The translations under genes were made by a program, and so were the position numbers. Source: a virus (taxonomy: Duplodnaviria > Caudoviricetes). From it: DNA of 64,000 nt. Shown here piece after piece: positions 56,503 to 64,000 of the stretch; the first letter of the stretch is position 1; the number at the start of each line of letters is the position of its first letter. The notes beneath the pieces are model-generated. The model searched no databases. It was not told the origin of the DNA and saw only the letters and a list, made by a program, of their open reading frames with translations. Where the stretch lies: positions 224,001-288,000 of the IMG/VR virus record IMGVR_UViG_3300011559_000001; one strand, written 5' to 3'.

Positions 56503-56949
56503 ATGCGCCACCTTTCCAGCCACACTGCCCATGGCTCGAGCGCACTGCGTATCACTGCTGACGAAGCACCGTTCCGCGGCATGCCGGCTCATCGTTACGA
56601 CGTTGAGGGGTTTGACACCGCCAACAATCGGGCCGTACGCAGTGGCGGGTTCGTCCCGCGTTTCCGTCAGCTGTCGATCATCTTCGCGACCGAAGAATCG
56701 GCGGCCAATGACATTGGTCCGGACGGCGTTACCATGGAAGCCCTGCTGGCTATCCTCGGTGACCATCTCCAGGGCCTGCAGTCGGGTCCGACGGCATCCC
56801 AAGGCAAGCAGCTCGCCTTGGAATACATCGAGGCTGCTCGTGACATCCTCGCACAGGAGGCCGGAACCCAGCCGGCTTTCGGCGCTGGCTTTGGTGGTGC
56901 TTTCATGGCCCCCACCTTCGGCCGCACGGGTACCACCGGGTCGCTCTGA
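56503..56949 (+). CDS. Diverged Tad1-like protein, copy 2
   Basis: AAGGA RBS; AHRYDV..IIF..GVTMEALLAILGDHLQGLQSGPTASQGKQLALEYIEAA. Confidence 0.65.
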   Translation: MRHLSSHTAHGSSALRITADEAPFRGMPAHRYDVEGFDTANNRAVRSGGFVPRFRQLSIIFATEESAANDIGPDGVTMEALLAILGDHLQGLQSGPTASQGKQLALEYIEAARDILAQEAGTQPAFGAGFGGAFMAPTFGRTGTTGSL

Positions 56950-56953
56950 TCGA

Positions 56954-57000
56954 GCGGCACATCTCCCCTGCCCCGACAACGGGCAGGGGTTTTATGCCGT
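56954..57000 (+). terminator. Hairpin with TTATGCCG flank
   Basis: CCCCTGCCC..GGGCAGGGG-TTTTATGCCG. Confidence 0.75.
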
Positions 57001-57005
57001 CGACT

Positions 57006-57043
57006 GGATTCAACAGTTTTTGAGATACATACCACGGTTGCGA
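57006..57043 (+). promoter_or_regulatory. Phage early-type promoter motif
   Basis: GGATTCAACAGTTTTTGAGATACATACCACGGTTGCGA. Confidence 0.7.
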
Positions 57044-57090
57044 TGCGAAAGAGAAATCAATCGCACCCCTTTCCTAACTGGAGATCTGCC

Positions 57091-57225
57091 GTGAAGAACG
57101 ATACCAAGCTGGTTCTGGGTTTTGGCACCACCACCGTTGTGGTGCTCACCGCCGTCTATGCACTGGTCAAGCTTTCCCGCATTGCCAGTGCTGTGGATGA
57201 ACTGGTGAGTTTGGCCAGACAGTAA
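57091..57225 (+). CDS. Small single-TM membrane protein (44 aa)
   Basis: GGAG RBS, GTG start; LVLGFGTTTVVVLTAVYALV. Confidence 0.6.
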   Translation: MKNDTKLVLGFGTTTVVVLTAVYALVKLSRIASAVDELVSLARQ

Positions 57226-57232
57226 AAGAAGT

Positions 57233-57270
57233 GGATTCAAAGGATTTTCAGAACTATACCACTACGGTGA
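57233..57270 (+). promoter_or_regulatory. Phage early-type promoter motif
   Basis: GGATTCAAAGGATTTTCAGAACTATACCACTACGGTGA. Confidence 0.75.
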
Positions 57271-57348
57271 GTTAGCCTGAGTATCTAAAACTAGCTCGTA
57301 TAACTAGAAACATAATCCTACCTATCTCTCAGAACAAGGACTACCGCA

Positions 57349-57507
57349 ATGAAGAACTTCTTCAAGAACATCACCATCATCGAACTGGGCCTGGGCGCTC
57401 TGGCCGTGGTCGGTGCCGTGGCCATCACCCGTGCCATCGTCAACACCGTCACCAACGGCGAAGCCGCTGCTCTGATCGACGCCGCCGCCGAGTCGGTCGG
57501 CGCCTAA
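57349..57507 (+). CDS. Small single-TM membrane protein (52 aa; absent from ORF track)
   Basis: AAGGA RBS; MKNFFKNITIIELGLGALAVVGAVAITRAIV..; strong codon bias. Confidence 0.75.
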   Translation: MKNFFKNITIIELGLGALAVVGAVAITRAIVNTVTNGEAAALIDAAAESVGA

Positions 57508-57515
57508 GCTCCAAC

Positions 57516-57542
57516 GGCCCCACCCTTCGGGGTGGGGCTTTG
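57516..57542 (+). terminator. Intrinsic terminator
   Basis: GCCCCACCC-ttcg-GGGTGGGGC-TTT. Confidence 0.75.
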
Positions 57543-57608
57543 TGCTGTACAAACCCCCATCGCATCGAGTGCGCATTTTGCGCCTTTCACTTCCCAAGGA
57601 AAATTCCC

Positions 57609-58415
57609 ATGAACACCAAGTCCATCATTGCAACCACCGCTCTGCTGACCGCCATCATCAACGTGGCCGAGCAGGGTTCTGTCATCACTGTCGAAGAAGC
57701 CGGCGCAGCGGACATCAACCTGGTGTTCGTGCATCCCAAGTACGGTACCCAGAAGCTGCTGGCGGTGAACATCACCGACAACCTGTACTCGGTGTCCTTC
57801 GTCGGCCACCAGGAACTGCTGAAGAAGCTGGACACCGACGGCTGGCTGGCCTCGGCTGAAACCGTGTCGGCCTTCCTGCTGGAAGCCGGCGTGGACTTCA
57901 CCGAAGAGCTGTCCAAGATCAAGCAGCTGCCGCTGGGCCCGAACTTCAGCCTGCTGGTGCTGGGCGAAGAGTCCGTCGAGCTGGCTGCCGCCCAGGCCGT
58001 GCTGGAAGCGCTGGATGCGGATCCGTCCGTTTCCGACGTGGTCGATTCGATCGTCCAGGATGCCGTCACCGGTGCCCAGGATGTGATCGAAGAGATCCCG
58101 ACCCTGTCCGCTGCTGTCGGCGCACCGCTGGATGCGGCGCTGGAAAACCTGGCCCACGATGCGGCCACGGCCGCTACCGAATCGGTCGAGCACCTGCTGC
58201 GTCGTGACGACGAAAGCGAGACCGAGTACAACACCCGCCTGCTGCGTGAGCGCGCTGCCCGTTCGGCCCACAACGCCGCCGAGAAGGTCGTGCGCTTCTT
58301 CAACCATCGTGCCACCCGCGTCGTCGCCGGCGCTCTGGTGGTCGGCGGCGTGATTGCCCTGGGCGTTGCCATCCGCAACCGCCTGAGCATGGCCGAAGAA
58401 GTGATCGAGCTGTAA
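57609..58415 (+). CDS. Protein with C-terminal TM anchor
   Basis: AAGGA RBS; VVAGALVVGGVIALGVAI near the C-terminus. Confidence 0.75.
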   Translation: MNTKSIIATTALLTAIINVAEQGSVITVEEAGAADINLVFVHPKYGTQKLLAVNITDNLYSVSFVGHQELLKKLDTDGWLASAETVSAFLLEAGVDFTEELSKIKQLPLGPNFSLLVLGEESVELAAAQAVLEALDADPSVSDVVDSIVQDAVTGAQDVIEEIPTLSAAVGAPLDAALENLAHDAATAATESVEHLLRRDDESETEYNTRLLRERAARSAHNAAEKVVRFFNHRATRVVAGALVVGGVIALGVAIRNRLSMAEEVIEL

Positions 58416-58470
58416 CCCCATCGCCCCGGACGTGTGTCCGGGGCTCACCCCTCAGATTCAGGAGAGTCCC

Positions 58471-58596
58471 ATGTCCCAGATGTCCAAAGAAGAACGCAAG
58501 TCGGCCATGATCGCTGGCTTGAAGGAAGGTTTGATCTGGGGCGCATGGGGCGCTCTGGGTATCGCCATCGGTTGCGTCATCGCCTCCAAGCGTTGA
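58471..58596 (+). CDS. Small membrane peptide (41 aa; absent from ORF track)
   Basis: AGGAG RBS; GLIWGAWGALGIAIGCVIA glycine-rich hydrophobic segment. Confidence 0.7.
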   Translation: MSQMSKEERKSAMIAGLKEGLIWGAWGALGIAIGCVIASKR

Positions 58597-58653
58597 TTCA
58601 ACCGATTTTCAGATACATACCACCACTGCGAACAGGACTGATTCCCAGTCCTG
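58595..58653 (+). promoter_or_regulatory. Phage early-type promoter motif plus 5' hairpin
   Basis: GATTCAACCGATTTTCAGATACATACCACCACTGCGA, then CAGGACTG/CAGTCCTG. Confidence 0.75.
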
Positions 58654-58667
58654 ACAGGAGCAATGTC

Positions 58668-58781
58668 ATGTCGTACGGTTCCATCTTCAAGGAAACCCTC
58701 CGTGTCGTCCTGTGCTGCGCTGTGATCGAGACCGGTCGCCGCTGCATCATCAGGGTCACCGAGTCGGCCCTGGGCGTCTAA
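58668..58781 (+). CDS. Small hydrophobic peptide (37 aa)
   Basis: AGGAG RBS; MSYGSIFKETLRVVLCCAVIE.. Confidence 0.6.
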   Translation: MSYGSIFKETLRVVLCCAVIETGRRCIIRVTESALGV

Positions 58782-58822
58782 GGACGCCCCGCAACACCTC
58801 CCTCCATTCCCAGGTAATCACC

Positions 58823-58957
58823 ATGAACGTCTTCAAGAAAGTGCTTCCGCAGTCCTCGCTGGGTTCGCTGTATGTCGGCGTCGTTGCCGTCTGCGCTCTC
58901 CTGAGCGTGGGCGCTGCGGTGACCGACGCGGTGCTCACCCGCGTTCTCGACGCCTGA
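58823..58957 (+). CDS. Small single-TM membrane protein (44 aa)
   Basis: AGGT RBS; LYVGVVAVCALLSVGAAV. Confidence 0.65.
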   Translation: MNVFKKVLPQSSLGSLYVGVVAVCALLSVGAAVTDAVLTRVLDA

Positions 58958-59112
58958 GCGTGACCATGGCCCTCCGTAGGGGAGAGTCTTCTCCTCGGTA
59001 TGGTAGCCAGGAGAAGCCCGCTCATTCCATCTACCACGATTCATTCAGCCAGCGACCCATCGAATCCTTCGGCGGGTCCAACATCTATCCCAACAAAAGG
59101 CACAACGATACC

Positions 59113-59469
59113 ATGAACACCAATCCGAACAACGCCAATACCAACACCACCGCTGACGCCGCTGCCCTGAACGACGAAGCCGCGCGCACCGCCGCCCTGG
59201 CCAACCAGATGGGCAACAACGTGAACGCCCTGCGTGAAGAAAACGACCGCGCCGCGGTTGCCCCGACCGGCGCCGTCTCCAAGGCCATGGGTGGCAAGTT
59301 CGCCCGCACCACCAAGCGCGTGCTGGGCTGGACCCTGGGCGTGGGTGTGGTCGGCCTGATCGGCGCCTACGCCTACAGCCGCCTGCGTGCGGCCGGCGTG
59401 AACGTGCCGACCGGCCAGGACGTGGGTGACGCCGTCGCCACTGCCGTGGACGCTGCCACTGCCGGCTAA
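59113..59469 (+). CDS. Membrane protein with C-proximal TM helix (118 aa)
   Basis: AAGG RBS; VLGWTLGVGVVGLIGAYAY. Confidence 0.7.
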   Translation: MNTNPNNANTNTTADAAALNDEAARTAALANQMGNNVNALREENDRAAVAPTGAVSKAMGGKFARTTKRVLGWTLGVGVVGLIGAYAYSRLRAAGVNVPTGQDVGDAVATAVDAATAG

Positions 59470-59482
59470 GTAAGCCTGCGGT

Positions 59483-59531
59483 CATAAGCCCCTGCCCTTC
59501 GGGGCAGGGGCTGCTGGTGGTTTCTTTTTTT
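59483..59531 (+). terminator. Hairpin with CATAAG flank
   Basis: AGCCCCTGCCC-ttcg-GGGCAGGGGCT, T-rich downstream. Confidence 0.75.
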
Positions 59532-59584
59532 GTTTCCGGTGGCCGATCTTATGACTGATCTTCAACCCACCCTTAGGAGCGACT

Positions 59585-61246
59585 ATGCCTCGGATCGTCG
59601 CAGCACTGCCACAGACTTACGAGAACATCATTCGCCCGGTGGCAATCGATGTCGGACGTCAAGTGGCCAAGATGCTCAACCTGCCGGAAGACATCAACGT
59701 ACTGATTCCCGGACAGGCCAAGATGGCGCTGTTCCCGAATACGGCGTTGGGCTCAGAAGGCACGGCCAACCCGGCCACGTTCGGTAACAACGAACGCCTC
59801 TTGATGGAAGTGGTGGAAAACCCGATTGAGGATCGCATCCTCACCACGGCTGTCCATCAGCAAGAGAACCTGCCGTTCTTCTTGGATTCCAAACTCGGCG
59901 TGCGCATGTACCCGGTGTACTCCGGTACGGAGCTGAGTTTCAATTTCACCTACCGTGCAGAGAACCGCACGGCCGCACGTCGTTTCCGCAACAGTTTGCT
60001 CAGCCACACCGCTGCCATGCGTCAGGAGATTCTGCACGATGTGCAGTACTACTACCATGTGCCGTATGTGTTCTTGCATCTGCTCAAGCACATGCACGAG
60101 CTGCGTGAGCGCACGGTCGGCTATGGCGACAGTTTCGACAAGTGGGTCACTGACCATATCGTCGATCGCGCCACTACGATCACCGACCAGATCGGTGAGA
60201 ACCAAGCACTGGCCATCGCCGAGTACCAGACCCATGGCATGGGCGTGTTCCAGTTCATCGGTACTGCTGAGCCGGAAGAGAAGGACAAAGAATCTGGCAC
60301 GTACAACGTGATGTTCCAGTACCGCTTTACCTTTGACCAAGTCATCGAAGCGATGGCGGAGTATCCGTTGTTGGTGCACCAGTCACTGGTGGATCATCAG
60401 TGGCGCTCCCAGCCGTGGGCTTCGGGTGAACTGACCGACCCCAATCGCCGGCGCCGTGCGCCGAGTCTGTCGCGGCATGCGTTTGATCACTTCGTCAACG
60501 TCTACACCAACCCCTGTAAGGAGTTGTTGATGGACGGCCATGTGATCCCCAACTATGACGAATGGCGTCCCGGGTTTGTGATGCCCAACACCAGTACGCT
60601 CTTTGTGGCGATGCTGGGCTTGGATCCCACCGCTCCCAACACGCTGTTTGAATTGATGGGTGATCTGGACGGCTACCAACTCCATCCGGAATTGGAAGAG
60701 TTCATTCGTGGCGAAGCGCCGTACATGGGCATCAAGGGCGGCTCGATCTTCGATCTGCGCTTGTATGAAGGCGACTACCCGATGGACGATGGTCTGTTGT
60801 CGGTCACCCGGCCTGAGCTGATTGTGATCTCCAATGCCGTGATGGATCTGCGTAAGGTCTACCATGTGCGACTGGGTCTGGTCAATGATCTGTTCACCCT
60901 CAACACGGCTGCGTGGGAACGCCTGCGCCGTGGCGGTCAAGCAGCCCTGAAGATCCTCAACTGCCTGCAATACAAGTTGCTGGGCAAAGCCTTCGAGCCC
61001 AAGTTGCTCGGTGGCCATCTGATTTCCAACGCAGATCTGCGCGGCATCGCCCAGCGCATCAACGATCTGAAGGTCCCCCATCGTGGCCCGTTGGAACATG
61101 TCATGCTTACCCTTAACGATGTTGTCATCGTGACTCACAGGAGTTCTGAAAATGTCGCTGATCAAAAGCGGACCGGCGGCACCGAAGCCGGTGGATCCGA
61201 TCCAAGTGAAGATTCATTCACCGAACCAGCAGACTGCGGTTGTTGA
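59585..61246 (+). CDS. Virion structural protein (phiKZ gp98-like)
   Basis: 553 aa; AGGAG RBS; N-terminal LPQTYENIIRPV; synteny. Confidence 0.6.
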   Translation: MPRIVAALPQTYENIIRPVAIDVGRQVAKMLNLPEDINVLIPGQAKMALFPNTALGSEGTANPATFGNNERLLMEVVENPIEDRILTTAVHQQENLPFFLDSKLGVRMYPVYSGTELSFNFTYRAENRTAARRFRNSLLSHTAAMRQEILHDVQYYYHVPYVFLHLLKHMHELRERTVGYGDSFDKWVTDHIVDRATTITDQIGENQALAIAEYQTHGMGVFQFIGTAEPEEKDKESGTYNVMFQYRFTFDQVIEAMAEYPLLVHQSLVDHQWRSQPWASGELTDPNRRRRAPSLSRHAFDHFVNVYTNPCKELLMDGHVIPNYDEWRPGFVMPNTSTLFVAMLGLDPTAPNTLFELMGDLDGYQLHPELEEFIRGEAPYMGIKGGSIFDLRLYEGDYPMDDGLLSVTRPELIVISNAVMDLRKVYHVRLGLVNDLFTLNTAAWERLRRGGQAALKILNCLQYKLLGKAFEPKLLGGHLISNADLRGIAQRINDLKVPHRGPLEHVMLTLNDVVIVTHRSSENVADQKRTGGTEAGGSDPSEDSFTEPADCGC

Positions 61247-62549
61247 TACCCGTTACGTCCCTCGTGCTTCGCTGCTCCAGTACGTGGACGGCAGTGCGTG
61301 GGAAGTAACCTACTACTCGCAGATCCTGGGCCGTGATTCGGAACCGGGTCCGTGGGCCATCGACCGTTCGGCTACCGACCAGCAGTACGTGCGCATCTCC
61401 AACATGGAGTTGAAGGTCACCTCGCCGCTGACTGCTTCGGAAGAAGAGCCCGGCCGCAGCCACAACGTCTCTGGTACCGCTACGGTCTATCCGACCCACA
61501 AGCCCAACATCGGTGACATGTTCGTGGCCGACATTGGCGATGGTCGGTTGGTTGTGTTTGCCGTGGACGATGTCCAGCGCAAGACGTACATGAAGGACTC
61601 CTACTCGGAGATCACCTACAGCGTGGTGGACTACGTCGACTCGCGCCCGGAGATCACCTCGGACCTGAACCGCAAGACGCAAAAGCGTACCGTGTTCATG
61701 CGGGAGTTCTTGCAGTGGGGTCAGAACCCGCTGCTGCTGGAAGGCGAGTTTGCCGACCTGATGGAGATGAAGAAGATTTACCGTAACTTGGTGAACTTCT
61801 ACTTCAAGGACTTCTTCTCGGTCCAGTACAAGACCTTGCTGATCCCCAACCAGAAGCGTGTGGCTTACGATCCGTTCGTCACCAACACGATGCTGGAACT
61901 GGTGACCTCCGATGAAGTGCAGCTGATCAACCAAGCCCGACGCGTGGTGGTCAGTGCCAACCGTAATACCGACAGCTACACGCTGTGGGATGCGGTGATG
62001 CGCATGGACGTCAGCTACCTCGGTGCAGCGATCCAGCAGGTGCGCCTGCTCGACACCACTGCCTTCCGTGGAATGCCTGAGGTCAGCAGCATCTACTACA
62101 CCGGCATCAACCTGGTGGCCTGCCCGCAGGACGCACGCAATGACGTGGACAGCCCCTACGACGCCTCGGCCAATTGCTTCTCCAGTGGCTCGCTCTTGCA
62201 AGCCACTGGCCTGCGTTGGCAGAACCTGCTGCGCTACCTGCCTTCCTCCAATCTGGAAGGCTTCTTCAAGGAGCCGGTCGATGCAGGCGATACCCTGCAG
62301 GAGCTGCCGGACATCGTCCCGGTCACCATCGATGAGTACTATGTGCTGTCGGAGAAGTTCTACGTCCCCAGCGGACCGATGGCTTCCAAGCTGGAAGTAC
62401 TTGTCAAGCAAGGTCTGTCCGGTGAGGCCATCGACAAGGTCACGTTGCTCAGCTTGGCCCGCAATTGCATGAAGTGGCCCAACCTTGAGCGTTTCTATTA
62501 CATGCCGCTGCTCTTCGCATTGATGAAGGTGGCGACGAGGACCAACTAA
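61152..62549 (+). CDS. Virion structural protein (phiKZ gp99-like)
   Basis: LLQYVDGSAWEVTYYSQ, PNIGDMFVADIGDG, YDPF, LERFYYMPLL motifs. Confidence 0.65.
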   Translation: MSLIKSGPAAPKPVDPIQVKIHSPNQQTAVVDTRYVPRASLLQYVDGSAWEVTYYSQILGRDSEPGPWAIDRSATDQQYVRISNMELKVTSPLTASEEEPGRSHNVSGTATVYPTHKPNIGDMFVADIGDGRLVVFAVDDVQRKTYMKDSYSEITYSVVDYVDSRPEITSDLNRKTQKRTVFMREFLQWGQNPLLLEGEFADLMEMKKIYRNLVNFYFKDFFSVQYKTLLIPNQKRVAYDPFVTNTMLELVTSDEVQLINQARRVVVSANRNTDSYTLWDAVMRMDVSYLGAAIQQVRLLDTTAFRGMPEVSSIYYTGINLVACPQDARNDVDSPYDASANCFSSGSLLQATGLRWQNLLRYLPSSNLEGFFKEPVDAGDTLQELPDIVPVTIDEYYVLSEKFYVPSGPMASKLEVLVKQGLSGEAIDKVTLLSLARNCMKWPNLERFYYMPLLFALMKVATRTN

Positions 62550-63175
62550 TGCGTAGTCGCGTCATTACGACCTTCTTGCCTGTCGCGCCGGATCCCAAGT
62601 TGCATTCGGCCGCGTACAAGATCTTCCACTACGAGTGGGAGGCCAGTGTGCCCTACACCTACGTGTACACTGAGGATTACATGCGTCAGGCGGGACAGCT
62701 GGTCAGTGATGCTGGCTACGATGCGCGGTTGCCCAACCAGATGGTGGATGGGCGATACACCATCGCCCAGCTGGCCACGCTGTTTGAAGAGGGTGCGCAG
62801 ATCAAATTGCAAAACCCCATCGACGCCAAGAAGTTCTACGATCTGATCGCCGAGCATCTGGAGAACTGGTCCAGTCACTTGCTGGGTAGCAACAGCTTTG
62901 ACTATGCCAAGGCGCCGATGGATGACCTGATGCTGCTGTCGCGTTTGGCCGATGAGCTGTATGGGTACGCTGCACGCTTCTTCCGTCATGAACCGCCACG
63001 TGGCCGGTTGGCCCGTCGTCTGGCACAGATGAGCAGTCGCTTCTCTGCGGCAGGACGTACGCGTCGGGTCAAGGCCGATCCGAATGCACCGGTCGAACGG
63101 CCGATCATGCCCAACCACAGTGAGAGCACCAAGATCATTCTCGATAAGGGAATGGGGAGGGATCAGTGGAGCTGA
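62549..63175 (+). CDS. Conserved core protein (phiKZ gp100-like)
   Basis: TAATG coupling; TIAQLA..YDLIAEHL..APMDDL motifs. Confidence 0.6.
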   Translation: MRSRVITTFLPVAPDPKLHSAAYKIFHYEWEASVPYTYVYTEDYMRQAGQLVSDAGYDARLPNQMVDGRYTIAQLATLFEEGAQIKLQNPIDAKKFYDLIAEHLENWSSHLLGSNSFDYAKAPMDDLMLLSRLADELYGYAARFFRHEPPRGRLARRLAQMSSRFSAAGRTRRVKADPNAPVERPIMPNHSESTKIILDKGMGRDQWS

Positions 63176-64000
63176 AGGACTCGCCCTTGTGGCAAGAGAT
63201 TCAAGCCATCGCTTTCAACAACGGTGGACCACCGGCGCCGTATGCGTGGAAGGCCACGATCGTGGCCGGTGGCATTGAGGTTGATCCGTTCAAGGTGATC
63301 AGTCTGGACATCTTCCGGGACTTCCGTCAGAACTTTGGCGATGAGGTCGAACTGGAGATGATGATCCCCGCCGGTACGTTTGCCTACGACATCTACCCCT
63401 ACCGTCAGGACTTGTTGATCAGCCTGCGTCGGGAAGGCCGTCAGGTGGACTCTGACAACCCGTTGATCTCACCGGACATCGAAGCCCAGCAGTTGCGTGC
63501 AACGCTGGTAGACGACTACTCCGTGGCTGTGGAGGGCATGCGCTCCAGTGCGCAGTCCCGTGAAGCGCTGAACCTGATGGAGATCTTGACCGTCAAGGTC
63601 CAGCTGATCGATCTGGCGTTGGAAAACGTGCGCCTGCATTCGGTGGGGGGTCTGTTCCGTGACATCACCCCGGCCGATTGCCTGAAGTACATCTTGACGG
63701 CCATTGCCAACGATATTGAGTTGGACGATGAGAACAAGATCAAGGGCGTGGAGATGGTCGAGTCGCCCAACAGCGACAAGTACAAACACATCGTCATCCC
63801 CTCCGGTACGCGTCTGCCGGACGTACCGATGCTGTTGCAGAAGAAAGTCGGTGGCCTGTACCCCACGGGGATGGGCGCCTATCTGTACCGACAGTATTGG
63901 TATGTGTTCCCGCTGTATGACCTGACCCGGTTTGACAAGTCGGTCAAGTCGCTCACGCTGATCAACATCCCCACCAACCAGATGCCCGGTGTCGAGCGTA
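63166..64000 (+). CDS. Virion structural protein (phiKZ gp101-like), 3' truncated by window
   Basis: GGAGG RBS, GTG 63166; frame open to window end; GLYPTGMGAYLY..WYVFPLYD. Confidence 0.65.
   Translation, partial: MELKDSPLWQEIQAIAFNNGGPPAPYAWKATIVAGGIEVDPFKVISLDIFRDFRQNFGDEVELEMMIPAGTFAYDIYPYRQDLLISLRREGRQVDSDNPLISPDIEAQQLRATLVDDYSVAVEGMRSSAQSREALNLMEILTVKVQLIDLALENVRLHSVGGLFRDITPADCLKYILTAIANDIELDDENKIKGVEMVESPNSDKYKHIVIPSGTRLPDVPMLLQKKVGGLYPTGMGAYLYRQYWYVFPLYDLTRFDKSVKSLTLINIPTNQMPGVER

Overview
This window is part of a GC-rich, nucleus-forming jumbo phage genome (phiKZ-like, Chimalliviridae). It holds the conserved core blocks: the C-terminal part of the split family-B DNA polymerase (DTDS motif), chimallin (ChmA), four non-virion RNA polymerase subunits (one with the catalytic NADFDGD), the ChmC/Imp6, PicA/Imp1 and Imp3-like nucleus genes, an SbcD-like nuclease, an SF2 helicase, the exonuclease/motif-A half of the polymerase, a virion RNAP beta' fragment, and baseplate, head and inner-body genes carrying many S-x-E prohead-protease sites. 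phiKZ gp numbers are assigned from recalled motifs and synteny, not from a search. The most interesting signals are: (1) a likely -1 programmed frameshift (T TTT TTT plus a hairpin) joining a gp77-like gene to the next ORF, like a tail-chaperone G/GT pair; (2) an 1140-aa head protein built as a polyprotein of V-S-x-E-delimited hydrophobic/coiled-coil peptides; (3) a tandem pair of diverged Tad1-like sponge proteins; (4) an array of seven small membrane proteins behind three copies of a phage promoter motif; (5) three paralogs sharing an acidic/Phe C-terminal tail; (6) three candidate structured ncRNAs; (7) a macrodomain gene. No tRNA, rRNA, CRISPR array or recognisable mobile element was seen.
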